The notes: generated from the letters alone by a model not told the origin. Positions 9,606 to 21,179 are shown, counted from the stretch's first letter. The stretch: DNA of 64,000 nucleotides from Sulfolobaceae archaeon (GCA_038893355.1 JAWARQ010000003.1:64001-128000); one strand, 5' to 3'. Numbers and translations: made by a program.

Positions 9606-10106
9606 GTGTCTCAAACACCTATAGATATTCAGAAGACATTAATTGAGGTAAAGGTTAGATTATTGCAAGGACTACATGATGAAGGATTTAGATTATTGGA
9701 CTCTATAAAGGATAAAATAGATTTAAATCAGCATAATTGGTTGCTCTGCAATATTATTGATATTGGTGAATGTGATGTAATATTGAAATTTCTGGAAAAG
9801 TTTGGCGAATTATTTAATCTAGCCAGATGCAAAAATTTAAAAAGATTAGTAATATGTAGTATTTTAAATAATGGAAATATTAGTAAATATCTAGAAATTG
9901 CGATAAACGAAATTATTAGACGAGGTGAGGAAAATGTTATTTTCGACATAATAGTCCAAACCATATCAGAAAATGAAAAAATTAATTATAATAACTTATT
10001 AAAAATAGCAGAGTCTTATAAGTTACTAGGATTTTATAATAGATACACCCAATTAATTGATATTGCATGTAGAAGTGGAATAAAAGAATTATGCAAAAAA
10101 ATTTAA
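9606..10106 (+). CDS. DUF1955-like helical-repeat protein
   Basis: NW..CNI.D...C, F.L..C.NLK..V.C and C-terminal AC..G.KE.C pattern. Confidence 0.7.
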   Translation: MSQTPIDIQKTLIEVKVRLLQGLHDEGFRLLDSIKDKIDLNQHNWLLCNIIDIGECDVILKFLEKFGELFNLARCKNLKRLVICSILNNGNISKYLEIAINEIIRRGEENVIFDIIVQTISENEKINYNNLLKIAESYKLLGFYNRYTQLIDIACRSGIKELCKKI

Positions 10107-10109
10107 AAT

Positions 10110-10739
10110 CTATATATAATTTAATAATTCGCATAAATTTTCTATAATCTTTAACCTAGTAAAATTTCTTAAATCATTGCTAACTATCTTATCATTTTTT
10201 AAAATAAAAATCATTGCTAAACCGGCAGAATGATATGCTAATAAATCATTTATAGTATCACCTACACCTATTACTTCATTAGGTCTTAAACCCATTTTAC
10301 TTATAGCCATAAGGATAGGAAAAGGATCGGGTTTTCCCTTTTCTACGTCATCACCAGCAATTAAGATCTCTGGAAGATATCCTAGAATTTTAAGCGTCTC
10401 TATAGCTGCAGCTCTACTAGACGATGTCACAACAGCTATCTTTAAGCCTTTACTCATTATATGATTAATAACTTCTATACTACATCTTACTGGTTTAGCA
10501 TATTTCCAAACAATTTCCTTGAATATCTGTGTTTTTCTCTCTGCTAAAATTCTTGCATTTTCCTTCCCAGCTATAATTTCTGCTATTTCAATAGTTCTTA
10601 ATCCGAATAAATTTTTTATATCTATTTCTCCTCTCAATTTAATTCCAAGCTCTTCTAATGCAATGTACCATGCCTTAAGGTGTGCAATTTCTGCATCTAC
10701 TAGCGTTCCATCAAGATCAAATATTACACCTCTAATCAT
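10110..10739 (-). CDS. HAD-superfamily phosphatase
   Basis: FDLDGTL, KPDP and GDT..D motifs. Confidence 0.9.
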   Translation of the reverse strand: MIRGVIFDLDGTLVDAEIAHLKAWYIALEELGIKLRGEIDIKNLFGLRTIEIAEIIAGKENARILAERKTQIFKEIVWKYAKPVRCSIEVINHIMSKGLKIAVVTSSSRAAAIETLKILGYLPEILIAGDDVEKGKPDPFPILMAISKMGLRPNEVIGVGDTINDLLAYHSAGLAMIFILKNDKIVSNDLRNFTRLKIIENLCELLNYI

Positions 10740-11694
10740 CTTCTACACCTAATAGATCAAGAATTATTTTAATTGCCTTCTCGGTACCACTATTTATCAC
10801 TTTCGGTTCTTTTACACTCTCTATAGCTTCTATAATTAATTCGCTATTCTCCCAATCTGCAGGGTCATCAAGGAATAATGCGCCTAAAACCTCTGCATAT
10901 TTTTTAGAATCTTGATATGTTGCGGCTCTAATCCAATCTCTATTATAAACTATTATTGTGGGTTTTCTATACATAACTACGGCCTCCATTGCAGTTTTTC
11001 CTTGATGGGTTATTACTAGCTTAGAATTTGCGATCCATTTCTCCAGATCACTATCAAAGCTGAATGCAATAATTCCTGCAGTTCTATAAGGTTCTGGATT
11101 TACCTTACCAGTTTGAATAACAATCTTATCTTTTATTCTTACAGTTAAGAATATATCGAATAATCTCTTAAAACCATAACTCCCTGCAGTTACTAAAATA
11201 TATTCGCCATCCTTAGGTTCATATTTTGGTTTTTCAACTATTGGGCCAACTACTATACCGTTTTTATATAATCTCTTTTGCTCTTCCCAATGTAAAAAGA
11301 TATACTTTGCATAATATGATATAATACTAATTGCTTTTCCTTTAGTAAAGAATCTGTCTTGGCTCTCTATTCCTATTATTTTTGAACCTTTTAATTTTTG
11401 AAAAAGAGACGGTAGAATAGAGTGATTAGAACCTGTGGCAATAGTTAATGTATACTTACTTAATCCAGCGCTTTGAAAAAGAGAATGAAGAAAACCTCTT
11501 ATTGAAGTTTTTCCTTCAGGATCCCTCCATTTAGGAATCTCAAATATCTTGTTAGAAATATTTTTTAACATATCTTTCGAAAAATTATCACCTTTAGGTA
11601 TAACATAATCAGCCTTAAATGGTAAGCTAGTTCCAATTGCACGTGCAAAACCCGTATGACCTCCACCACTAGCTATTATTAATAACTTTCTCAA
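10732..11694 (-). CDS. agl24: Alg14-Alg13 fusion GlcNAc transferase (Agl24-like)
   Basis: SGGGH and ES motifs (Alg14 half); VTAGS, IQTG and VITH.G (Alg13 half). Confidence 0.8.
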   Translation of the reverse strand: MRKLLIIASGGGHTGFARAIGTSLPFKADYVIPKGDNFSKDMLKNISNKIFEIPKWRDPEGKTSIRGFLHSLFQSAGLSKYTLTIATGSNHSILPSLFQKLKGSKIIGIESQDRFFTKGKAISIISYYAKYIFLHWEEQKRLYKNGIVVGPIVEKPKYEPKDGEYILVTAGSYGFKRLFDIFLTVRIKDKIVIQTGKVNPEPYRTAGIIAFSFDSDLEKWIANSKLVITHQGKTAMEAVVMYRKPTIIVYNRDWIRAATYQDSKKYAEVLGALFLDDPADWENSELIIEAIESVKEPKVINSGTEKAIKIILDLLGVEDD

Positions 11695-11724
11695 CGAAAC
11701 GTTATATATTACTGGGAGTAAAAA

Positions 11725-13377
11725 ATGCTAAGCATGAATTTCGATAATTATAAACCACTCTGGCTTAAGGCTGGAATACTGTTTGCACTAGAATTAGTTG
11801 ATAAAGGTTATAAGCCAGTTGAAGTAGGACTAGGTGAAAGGGATTTTTATGTTGATATAGAAAGTAACACATCTATAACCTTAGATAAATTAAAAAATAT
11901 TAAATTAACCCCAAAGAAGTTCTCGATAAATGAAAATAATGAGGTAGAATATAATTCAGTAAAGATAAGGATAAGAGAAAGTATTAAACCTTCGACTATT
12001 GATCCTAGCTATATAGAAATCTTAAATATATCAACTCATCATCCAGATCCACAAGTTCAATATGTTAGGATTCGTGGAGTTGGATTCTCTACAGAGGAGG
12101 AATTAAAGAAGTATCTAGAATGGTTAGAAGAAGTAACAGAAATAGATCATAGGGTATTTGGCGAAAAGTTAGATTTATTTAGTTTTCATGAGGAGATAGG
12201 CCCAGGTATAGTGCTATTTCATCCTAATGGCCAAATTATAAGGAAGGAATTAATCAAATACATGGAGGAAATTAATCAATCTTTAGGATATCAGGAAGTT
12301 TATACTTCACATGTTATGAGAAGCGTATTATGGAAAATAAGCGGACATTATAATCTTTATAGAGATAAAATGTTAATATTTAAACATGAAGATGAGGAAT
12401 TAGGAGTAAAGCCAATGAATTGCCCAGCCCATATACTAATTTATAAGTCACGAACTAGGAGTTATAAGGATTTACCAATAAGATTCTCTGAATTTGGACA
12501 TGTATATAGGTGGGAAAAGAAAGGTGAGCTTTATGGTTTATTAAGAGTAAGGGGCTTCGTACAAGACGATGGCCATATATTCCTTAGGGAAGATCAATTA
12601 AAGGATGAAATAAAATTACTAATATCTAAGGTTATAGAAGTATTATCGAAATTCGGATTCCGTGGGGATGATATAAAAATTAACTTAAGTACTAGACCAG
12701 ATGAGAGCATAGGAACAGATGAGCAATGGGAAAAAGCTACTACTGCATTAGAACAGGCTCTTAAAGAACTCAATTTGAATTATCAAATTAAAGAAAAAGA
12801 GGGTGCGTTTTATGGACCTAAAATAGATTTTGAAATAAGAGATAGTTTAGGTAGATGGTGGCAGTTATCAACCATACAAGTAGACTTTAACTTACCAGAG
12901 AGGTTTAAGTTAGAGTATATAGACAAAGATGGAAACCCAAAACGGCCAGTGATGGTTCATAGGGCAATTTACGGATCTATAGATAGATTTATGGCGATAT
13001 TGATAGAGCACTTTAGAGGAAAACTACCTACTTGGTTGTGCCCCATTCAAGTAAGGATAATCCCAGTGAGTAAAGATAATATTGAATACGCTAATAAGAT
13101 ATTTGAAGCTTTAAGAAGAGAAGGAATAAGGGCAGATATTGATTCTGAAGAGGAAACTCTCTCTAAAAGGATTAAGAATGCCTATGATAAGGGTATTCCA
13201 TACATAATTATAGTGGGAAGAAGAGAAGAAGAATTATCAAAAATTACGATAAGAGCAAGGGGTAATATTGAAATTAAAAACGTAAGCCTCGAAAACTTCA
13301 TAAGAGAATTAACATATGAAATTAAGAATAGAGAAATAAAGCATGTTGCAGTAGAAAAGTTAATGAAGGCAAAATAG
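11725..13377 (+). CDS. thrS: threonyl-tRNA synthetase, catalytic form with short N-terminus
   Basis: [31 protein letters not shown] and HRAIYGS motifs. Confidence 0.95.
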   Translation: MLSMNFDNYKPLWLKAGILFALELVDKGYKPVEVGLGERDFYVDIESNTSITLDKLKNIKLTPKKFSINENNEVEYNSVKIRIRESIKPSTIDPSYIEILNISTHHPDPQVQYVRIRGVGFSTEEELKKYLEWLEEVTEIDHRVFGEKLDLFSFHEEIGPGIVLFHPNGQIIRKELIKYMEEINQSLGYQEVYTSHVMRSVLWKISGHYNLYRDKMLIFKHEDEELGVKPMNCPAHILIYKSRTRSYKDLPIRFSEFGHVYRWEKKGELYGLLRVRGFVQDDGHIFLREDQLKDEIKLLISKVIEVLSKFGFRGDDIKINLSTRPDESIGTDEQWEKATTALEQALKELNLNYQIKEKEGAFYGPKIDFEIRDSLGRWWQLSTIQVDFNLPERFKLEYIDKDGNPKRPVMVHRAIYGSIDRFMAILIEHFRGKLPTWLCPIQVRIIPVSKDNIEYANKIFEALRREGIRADIDSEEETLSKRIKNAYDKGIPYIIIVGRREEELSKITIRARGNIEIKNVSLENFIRELTYEIKNREIKHVAVEKLMKAK

Positions 13378-13399
13378 TATATAAAATTTGAGAAGAAAA

Positions 13400-13852
13400 A
13401 TGTTAATTTATGGCTTATATAATAGCCCTTTCGGGGAAATAACTGTTGCAAAAACTGAAAAAGGGTTTGTAATGCTAGATTTTTGTAATTGTGTTGAAAA
13501 GGATCTTCGTGATGATTCACAGTTTTCGGATTTCTTTTATAAATTAGATAAATATTTTAGTGGTGAAAAAGTGGATTTAACGGAACCTATAGATATTTTT
13601 ACTAATAATTTTAGACTTAGTGTATATAAAGAAGTAATGAAAATAAAGTGGGGCACTGTAAAAACTTATGGTGAAATAGCAAAGATCCTTAAGACTTCTC
13701 CAAGAGCGATTGGTGTTGCATTATCTAAAAACCCCCTACTATTAATAATACCCTGTCACAGAGTAATTGGAGAAAATGATATTGGTGGTTATAAGAGAGG
13801 AAAGGAATTAAAGAGAAAACTACTTCAACTAGAGGGAATAATTAAGGATTAA
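13400..13852 (+). CDS. ogt: O6-methylguanine-DNA methyltransferase
   Basis: PCHRV active site and TYG.IA...PRAIG helix-turn-helix. Confidence 0.93.
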   Translation: MLIYGLYNSPFGEITVAKTEKGFVMLDFCNCVEKDLRDDSQFSDFFYKLDKYFSGEKVDLTEPIDIFTNNFRLSVYKEVMKIKWGTVKTYGEIAKILKTSPRAIGVALSKNPLLLIIPCHRVIGENDIGGYKRGKELKRKLLQLEGIIKD

Positions 13853-14261
13853 GAACTGTCCTTGCCTTAGATACAACCTTCATTTCCTTTAATTTCTCCA
13901 TAAGTCTAAAGTAATACTCTTCAACAATATCTAATCTAACAAAGTTCTTGGTCCAATCAATGTAGTTACCTTCTAAGTCTATGAATAATTTCAACCTACC
14001 TATAGCATATTTCGTATTCACACTATAAAGGTTATTAGTTATCTCCGTACTGGCATAAGCGTTTATACATTCAAGGTAACTATTTCCAATGTCATATACT
14101 GTAGAATCTGGCTTCATATATTCTAATGCGACCTCAAGCTTTGCTTTTTCGATTATATCCTTAAAGTTCTTAGGGTACTGAATGCAATATGACATCACTT
14201 CAATTCTCCAATGCAATAGTCGCTTTACTTTATTAGCTTCTAAAACTCTTAGTCTCCTCAT
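13842..14261 (-). CDS. hypothetical protein
   Basis: 139-aa ORF fills the gap; no motif recognised. Confidence 0.6.
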   Translation of the reverse strand: MRRLRVLEANKVKRLLHWRIEVMSYCIQYPKNFKDIIEKAKLEVALEYMKPDSTVYDIGNSYLECINAYASTEITNNLYSVNTKYAIGRLKLFIDLEGNYIDWTKNFVRLDIVEEYYFRLMEKLKEMKVVSKARTVLNP

Positions 14262-14316
14262 ATGAGAAATTTTCGGTGTCGTGGTATATAAATGCGTTGC
14301 AAATAGAATATAAGTA

Positions 14317-15564
14317 TTACGTTAAAATTGCGTTATTAAGCTTACTGTATGCATTAATTATCTTAGAAGGATAAATCTTTGAATTAATAATTTCACTACC
14401 TTCTCCAATAACTACATCATCCCCTAATACACTATTAATTATTTTAGTAGGCTTCGAAATTGAGGACCTAATCTCAACATGTCTACCTAATATAGAATTC
14501 TCTATTATTGCACCATCGCCAATATAATTTCTATCCATTATAGAACTCCTAATTATTCTTACTTTTTTACCTATAATCGTAAAGTTATCTATAGAGGATT
14601 CTTCAACATAAGTCCCACCACCTATTTGACAATGCCTTCCAATAAGAATAGAACCTTCAAAGTGCAATTCACCTCTTTGATACATTCTCTTTATTCTTTC
14701 TCTTCTCTTTTTAGAATCAGGACTAGTACCTTGGACAAAAATCCTTCGATCTTTATCTATTCTTGTAGCATTGATGTCCTTATCATCTAAAGTATCAAGT
14801 AAGGTTTTCATAGCTTCAAGATATCTTTCTGGAGTACCAACATCAAACCATATATCCTTAGTTATATACGCCCTTATCTCATAACCTTTCTTAAGGAGAT
14901 ACGGAATTATATCCTTACCAAAATCTCCCTTACCAACTTTGAACATTTCTTTAACCTCACTAGAACTAAATATTTCTCTAATTTTTGGATTAATAATATA
15001 AATTCCTGTATTTACTAAGTTTGATGGTGCTAAATGTCTAGGAGGCTTTTCTATAAAATTTATTATCCTATCACCTTGAAGCTCTGCAACTCCAAATTCT
15101 TCAACATTCTCGACTTCTTTTAAGACTATTGTCATAATTGCACCAGACGATTTATGAAACTCAAATGCCTTCCTAAAGTCTAATTTAAATATGTTATCTC
15201 CTTGGATAACTACAAAATCTTCCCTTATATCATAATACTCCAGATTTATAAACACTGAATGTGCATTACCAACACTATCAATCCTAGGCTGATATTTAAA
15301 ATGAAGTCTAGGCTTTATCTTATATCTGGCTGAAAATCCTATTCCTTCCTTAAAAGTATCAAATAAAGAGCGATAATTAATATATCCCCTAACCCCGAAG
15401 ATAAATTCTCTAAAGCCTTGCTTTGCCATTTCTAAAATTGGAAATTCCAATAATGGCCTATTTAAAATCCTTACGGTGGCCTTAGAAGTAGTAACTGTTA
15501 ATGGCCTTAGCCTCGTAGCTTCACCGCCTATCGGAATTATTACTTTAGTTGAAGGATTACTCAT
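14317..15564 (-). CDS. sugar-1-phosphate nucleotidyltransferase with left-handed beta-helix
   Basis: GGEATRLRPLT, GD, EKP and W.DVGTP motifs with hexapeptide C-terminus; divergent from glycogen genes; ATG at 15564. Confidence 0.85.
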   Translation of the reverse strand: MSNPSTKVIIPIGGEATRLRPLTVTTSKATVRILNRPLLEFPILEMAKQGFREFIFGVRGYINYRSLFDTFKEGIGFSARYKIKPRLHFKYQPRIDSVGNAHSVFINLEYYDIREDFVVIQGDNIFKLDFRKAFEFHKSSGAIMTIVLKEVENVEEFGVAELQGDRIINFIEKPPRHLAPSNLVNTGIYIINPKIREIFSSSEVKEMFKVGKGDFGKDIIPYLLKKGYEIRAYITKDIWFDVGTPERYLEAMKTLLDTLDDKDINATRIDKDRRIFVQGTSPDSKKRRERIKRMYQRGELHFEGSILIGRHCQIGGGTYVEESSIDNFTIIGKKVRIIRSSIMDRNYIGDGAIIENSILGRHVEIRSSISKPTKIINSVLGDDVVIGEGSEIINSKIYPSKIINAYSKLNNAILT

Positions 15565-15597
15565 ATTATAAATTCTGAAATTTAACAAATATAGTTT

Positions 15598-16908
15598 ATG
15601 GTAGAAGAAATAATAATAGGCTTTGAGGTTCATCAGCCGTTTAGAATAAGGAAAGATGCTTTTTGGAAACCTAGATTTAGAGGAAACCTTTTAGATAAAT
15701 ACTTTGATAATTCATTAAATAGAGAGGTATTTGAGAGAGCACTTAAAAAATGCTATCTGCCCGCTACTAAAATTATCATGAGAAATATTGAAGAGGGAGA
15801 AAAGGAGGGTAAAGAGTACAAGTTCTTTTATTCGATTTCTGGAACTTTCTTAGAACAGGCAGAAAAATGGGGTAAGGAATTAATTGAATTATTTAAACAA
15901 CTAGCAAGTACAAAGAAAATTGAATTTTTAGCACAAACATACTACCATTCAATAACTTCTCTTTGGCCCGATAAATCTGAATGGAGAGATCAGATAAGGG
16001 AACATGTTCAAGTCATAAAGGATGTAATAGGATTTACTCCAATAACCTTTGAGAATACAGAATTACTTACAAGTAATGAAATTATAGATGAAGTTGAAAA
16101 TCTAGGATTTAAGGTTATGATAGCTGAAGGAAGGGATTATGACCCTAATAAAATATATAAAAGAAAAAAAGTTACAATTTTATTAAGAAATTATAGACTT
16201 AGTGATGATATAGCATTTAGATTCTCTTTGAGAACATGGGATCAATATCCATTAACTGCAAGGAAGTTTGCAGAATGGATTAAGAGTTCTATAGGTAATT
16301 TAGTACTAATATTCGTAGATTATGAAACCTTTGGAGAGCATCACTGGCCTGAAACTGGAATTTTGGATTTCTTAGATTGGTTGCCAAAGGAACTTAGTCA
16401 GAAAGGTATAAAAATGAAACTTCCAATGGAATATGCCGAAATTAATGGGGAAGAAATATCTTTTAAAACAATAGTTTCATGGGCGGATATAGAAAAAGAT
16501 CAGTCAAGTTGGTTAGGAAATCAACTACAATATGCATATGATGAGGCAGTAAGAAGGGCAGAAATGTTAGCAAAAGAATTAGGTGGAGAATTTCTTAAAG
16601 TATGGAGATATTTTACTACAAGTGACCATTATTATTATTTATATACTGGAAAAGAGAGTCCTATGGAGGTTCATTCATATTTCAGCCACTTTGAAAGCCC
16701 AATCCATGCATTTATTGATGAATTTTATTCTATAAATAGATTTACTGAGGAAATGTTAAGGTTGCTCAATATTAATAGAGAACCATTCTTTGTAGTAAAG
16801 GATGGTAGAGAGTTTGCTGTAATATGGAACGAGAAGCAGTATAATGAGATTTTAAAGAGGAATCCAGAGTTAAAATTTATAGAGAGGTACGTTAAAGATT
16901 GGCTTTAA
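15598..16908 (+). CDS. amyA: GH57 alpha-amylase
   Basis: HQP, NTE, DYETFGEH, SWAD and TSDH GH57 motifs. Confidence 0.9.
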   Translation: MVEEIIIGFEVHQPFRIRKDAFWKPRFRGNLLDKYFDNSLNREVFERALKKCYLPATKIIMRNIEEGEKEGKEYKFFYSISGTFLEQAEKWGKELIELFKQLASTKKIEFLAQTYYHSITSLWPDKSEWRDQIREHVQVIKDVIGFTPITFENTELLTSNEIIDEVENLGFKVMIAEGRDYDPNKIYKRKKVTILLRNYRLSDDIAFRFSLRTWDQYPLTARKFAEWIKSSIGNLVLIFVDYETFGEHHWPETGILDFLDWLPKELSQKGIKMKLPMEYAEINGEEISFKTIVSWADIEKDQSSWLGNQLQYAYDEAVRRAEMLAKELGGEFLKVWRYFTTSDHYYYLYTGKESPMEVHSYFSHFESPIHAFIDEFYSINRFTEEMLRLLNINREPFFVVKDGREFAVIWNEKQYNEILKRNPELKFIERYVKDWL

Positions 16909-18602
16909 AGAGAATTCCTAGCTTACTCATACCCGATAGTATAGATAGTGTATGGATGTTAACGGTAGAATTGTGGAAGGTTGCGAGTGTTGGAGGGTTA
17001 GGAAAGGTCGTATATAATTTAGCTAGAGAACTCGCAAGACAGGGAATTGACGTAAAGGTAATAATGCCGTCACATGGAAGACATCTCAGTAGCGAGTATA
17101 GAAGTCTCCTAAATTTGAAGGAGATAAATATAACAGCGGAAGGTGAAAGAATAGGAGTCAATGGTCAATACTATCATTATAAATTAGGATTTGAGGAAGG
17201 AGGACTCGATGGGTTTAAAGTAGTCTTAGTTAAAGGATTAGATTATGAAACTGGTAAAATAATAGATAATTGGGTAATATATTCTGAAATTGAAGAAAAA
17301 GCTTCTTTATTTGCAAAAGCAGTAGAAATATATTCTCTACACTCAATACCGTCTAACATACCATCACTAATTCACATTCACGATTGGCATACTGTTTTAG
17401 CTGGAGTTAAGGCAAAACAAGTTTTTGAACTTAGGAGAATTATAATTCCATTAGTATTCTCCATACACTTAATAAATCAAAGAGGTTTTCCATGGCATTA
17501 CGCATCTGTGGAATGGTCCGGAATAAGAGATGAGTCGCATTACGTTTGGTTTCCGTTTAGACATGTGTTGAAATCTTATAGAGAAATTTGGGATGTATAT
17601 TCAAAAGGTGATATAGAGAAATTTGGGATGTATGAGAGTGATGTAATAGTTTCAGTTAGCAAAAGTTATTTAGAAGATGAAATCCTAAAGAGACTAGGAG
17701 ATTGGTATCGCGAAAAATGCTGTGTAGTATACAATGGAACTGACTGGTATTTAGATGATGTCCAGGCTTTATTGTATAGAGTATTTAACACAATTGATAG
17801 AAAAGTTATAAGAAAGAAAATATTAGAAAATTTATGGAGTATTAGAACCAGTATAGAAGATTATATTTCTGCAAAAATAGTATGGGATAATAGATGGAAA
17901 ATAGGTATTAGAGATGATTCAACAATAGAACCGTTATCTGACGGGAATTTGATATTATATGCAGGAAGAATATCCTATCAGAAAGGTCTTGATATATTGA
18001 TTAATTCATTCAAAAAAGTAGTAAAAATATTTCCTGATACTAAATTAATAATATTAGGAATACCTACTGGTGATTATACGTATTTGTATAATATTATAGA
18101 AATGATAAGGGATCTAAGAGTAAACGTAAGATTGATAATAGGCAAAATTGATGAGATAATTTATAAGGCATTATTCTATTCAGCTGACGCGTTAGTAGTA
18201 CCATCAAGGTGGGAGCCCTTTGGAATTGTTGCTATTGAAGCAATGGCACTAGGTACCCCAGTAATTGCTTCAAGAGTTGGGGGACTGAAAGAGATAGTAG
18301 TTGATATCAGAGAGGATAAGAAGAATGGAAATGGATTATTGGTCGGAAATAATGAGGAAGATCTAAGTAAGGGGATACTAACCTTATTAGCTCTATCGAA
18401 ATTTTATGATACTGGAGATGAAGAATATTTAAAGTTCTCAGAAATAAAAAATATAGAACGAAATTTTTGGGAAATGATTAGGGAGAATGCAATTAGAAGA
18501 GTAAATGAAAAATATAGATGGGAAATAATAGTTAAAGAACTAATAAATGTCTATAACAAAGCCTTAAAAATAGCCGAAAATAGGGCATTAGCATGGGGAT
18601 AA
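16899..18602 (+). CDS. glgA: glycogen synthase
   Basis: K..VGGLG, HDWH, NG.D, GR...QKG and PSRWEPFG motifs. Confidence 0.9.
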   Translation: MALKRIPSLLIPDSIDSVWMLTVELWKVASVGGLGKVVYNLARELARQGIDVKVIMPSHGRHLSSEYRSLLNLKEINITAEGERIGVNGQYYHYKLGFEEGGLDGFKVVLVKGLDYETGKIIDNWVIYSEIEEKASLFAKAVEIYSLHSIPSNIPSLIHIHDWHTVLAGVKAKQVFELRRIIIPLVFSIHLINQRGFPWHYASVEWSGIRDESHYVWFPFRHVLKSYREIWDVYSKGDIEKFGMYESDVIVSVSKSYLEDEILKRLGDWYREKCCVVYNGTDWYLDDVQALLYRVFNTIDRKVIRKKILENLWSIRTSIEDYISAKIVWDNRWKIGIRDDSTIEPLSDGNLILYAGRISYQKGLDILINSFKKVVKIFPDTKLIILGIPTGDYTYLYNIIEMIRDLRVNVRLIIGKIDEIIYKALFYSADALVVPSRWEPFGIVAIEAMALGTPVIASRVGGLKEIVVDIREDKKNGNGLLVGNNEEDLSKGILTLLALSKFYDTGDEEYLKFSEIKNIERNFWEMIRENAIRRVNEKYRWEIIVKELINVYNKALKIAENRALAWG

Positions 18603-18646
18603 CATTTATAATCAATTAAATTATAATAAAAATATATAATCTTTAA

Positions 18647-20077
18647 TTAATATTTAGTAAAATAAATTCTTTTGCGAAATTTTTCAGATTTCAAAGGAAA
18701 ATCAGATCTATAATGCACTCCTCTACTTTCCTCTCTATATAATGCTGAAAGCGCTAGTAAAGAAGATACTAATGCAGCATTAGAACTCCTATTATTACCA
18801 ATAGTATTGCATTCATGATAATAATTTAATGCTTCCTTTATACCACTACCATTCCTTATTATCCCTAAATATCTCCAATTTATCTCCCTTATCTCTCCTA
18901 AGTTGCAATCTTTTCCGTAGTGAGGTGTATAATAATATATTTCACCATCGTTAATATATAATCCTTCCCAACTATCTATATATAAAGGTAATGAAAAACC
19001 TTGAACTAAACATTCAGTTAAAGAATTGCTAGCAAGCCTATTAGAACCATGAAAACCGGTATCACTTACTTCGCCAATAGCATATAATCCATAAATATTA
19101 CTCTCGCCCCTATAATTTACTCTTATTCCACCAATAGTATAATGTGCAGCTGGATATATGGGAATTAAATCTTTTAATAAGTTAATTCCATTTTTTAATA
19201 AAATATTATAAAGATCTGGAAATTTCTCTTTAACATCCTTTACTTTTCTTGCATCAATAAAGACTTTATTTCCCCTTAATATTTCCTCATATATTGCCCT
19301 AGCCAGAATATCTCTAGGTGCTAATTCTCCTCTTTTATGATATTTAAATAAAAATCTCTCACCGTTCTGATTTATAACCTCAGCACCTTCACCTCTTAAT
19401 GTTTCAGTTATTAAAATAACTTGATTGTTAACTATAGCTGCAGTTGGATGAAATTGAACGAATTCCATATCACTTATTAAAGTGCCTTCTCTAAATGCTA
19501 TTGCAATTCCTTCCCCATAGCTCGAATTTAAATTGGTAGATAAAGAAAATAAAGAAGAGTAGCCACCAGTTGCAATAACTACTCTAGAATCCTCTACTTG
19601 AACATGATTTTCAGTTAAGATACCCTTAACTTTAGCGTCTTTAACAATTAATTTAATAACTCTATCTTGAATTAAAGGTATTTCTAATTCTCTAACTTTA
19701 TTAATAAAAAAATTAAGTAGAGCTCTTCCGGTACTATCACCTACACTATGCACTCTCCTTCTAGAATGACCACCCTCTAATCTTAACTCTTTATCAAATT
19801 TAAAGCCAAGTTTTTCTAATTCCTCTACTACCTCAACAGCCCTTTTTGTAAAGTAATCTACTACCTTAGGATCACAAAGCTCCTCACAAACGGATATGGT
19901 ATCAAGTTTATGTAGTTCTGGTGAATCATCAGGGGATCTCGCTGCTGCTATACCGCCCTTAGAGTAGTAAGAAGAATTAAATAAAGTCTCATATATAACC
20001 TTCACACTATATCCTGCCTTCCTTAATGATATCGCTGCAGATAACCCTGCTATACCGGCACCTATAATAATAACCAT
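18647..20077 (-). CDS. nadB: L-aspartate oxidase
   Basis: EGGHSRRR, EFVQFHPT, HYTIGG, H.SNRLASNSL.E and ESRG.H motifs. Confidence 0.93.
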   Translation of the reverse strand: MVIIIGAGIAGLSAAISLRKAGYSVKVIYETLFNSSYYSKGGIAAARSPDDSPELHKLDTISVCEELCDPKVVDYFTKRAVEVVEELEKLGFKFDKELRLEGGHSRRRVHSVGDSTGRALLNFFINKVRELEIPLIQDRVIKLIVKDAKVKGILTENHVQVEDSRVVIATGGYSSLFSLSTNLNSSYGEGIAIAFREGTLISDMEFVQFHPTAAIVNNQVILITETLRGEGAEVINQNGERFLFKYHKRGELAPRDILARAIYEEILRGNKVFIDARKVKDVKEKFPDLYNILLKNGINLLKDLIPIYPAAHYTIGGIRVNYRGESNIYGLYAIGEVSDTGFHGSNRLASNSLTECLVQGFSLPLYIDSWEGLYINDGEIYYYTPHYGKDCNLGEIREINWRYLGIIRNGSGIKEALNYYHECNTIGNNRSSNAALVSSLLALSALYREESRGVHYRSDFPLKSEKFRKRIYFTKY

Positions 20078-20167
20078 AGACCTCTCTGTTGTCTTTAGAT
20101 TTTAAAGTATTTTCTTCATGTATATTTAATAGTTAATTTTTTATTTTAGTTATCGAACTCAAGTTCG

Positions 20168-21145
20168 ATGGACAAAACAAGCCTATTAGATACTGTGAAT
20201 AAGTTAAAAAAGGAGAAAAATGCTATAATATTAGGCCATAATTATATGGATTATTGGGTTCAACTTGCATCAGATTTTGTAGGAGATTCATATGAACTGG
20301 CAATGAAAGCTACTAAGACTAATGCTAACATAATTGTATTTGCAGGAGTTTATTTCATGGCAGAGCAAGCCGCTGCATTCAATTTGGATAAGAAGGTGTT
20401 AATACCAGATCCTAATGCAGGCTGCTCCTTATCTGATTCTTTACCACCAAAACTTGTTGAAGAATATAGAAAAAACTATCCTGACATTCCAATAGTATTG
20501 TATATAAATACAAGCATCTATGCTAAAGCCTTAGCTGATTACATAGTAACTTCATCTACTGCAGTTACAGTTATAAAAAACTTACCATATGACAAGATAA
20601 TATTTGGACCAGATAGAAATTTAGCTAATTACGTTGAACGTAAAACAGGGAAGAAGATAATAAAAATTCCAGAGGATGGTAGATGCATAGTACATGCTAA
20701 TTATACTAAGCAGATGGTTGAATTTGCAAGGAAAAAATATCCTAAAGCAATATTAATGGCACATCCAGAGTCGCCCTTAGAAATACTTGAAGAGGCAGAT
20801 TTTGTAGGATCCACTAGTCAAATGATTAAATTTGCAATAGAGAGTAATTATGATGAATTCATAGTTGCAACAGAGCTAGGTATGATTAATTCTCTCATTC
20901 TTAAAGTAAAAAATAAAAAATTTTATCCATTAGTAACCCTAGAAAGTTGTGCTTGTGCAAGATGTCCCTATATGAATATGATAACATTAGAGAAAGTCAA
21001 GGAGTCGTTAGAGAAGGAAATATATGAGATTAAAGTTCCAGAAAAGATAGCTGAAAGTGCTAAAGCCGCTTTTCAAAATACTGTAAGGTTGCTAGAAAGA
21101 ATCTCTCCGCAATATACAAAAACTGCATTTAAGGGTTCAGAATAA
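20168..21145 (+). CDS. nadA: quinolinate synthase
   Basis: HNY, GV.FMAE, AGCSL, YIN, C.VH, HPE and CPYM motifs. Confidence 0.95.
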   Translation: MDKTSLLDTVNKLKKEKNAIILGHNYMDYWVQLASDFVGDSYELAMKATKTNANIIVFAGVYFMAEQAAAFNLDKKVLIPDPNAGCSLSDSLPPKLVEEYRKNYPDIPIVLYINTSIYAKALADYIVTSSTAVTVIKNLPYDKIIFGPDRNLANYVERKTGKKIIKIPEDGRCIVHANYTKQMVEFARKKYPKAILMAHPESPLEILEEADFVGSTSQMIKFAIESNYDEFIVATELGMINSLILKVKNKKFYPLVTLESCACARCPYMNMITLEKVKESLEKEIYEIKVPEKIAESAKAAFQNTVRLLERISPQYTKTAFKGSE

Positions 21146-21179
21146 AATAAATTTTGAACTTGAGAGGATTAATATCTGA

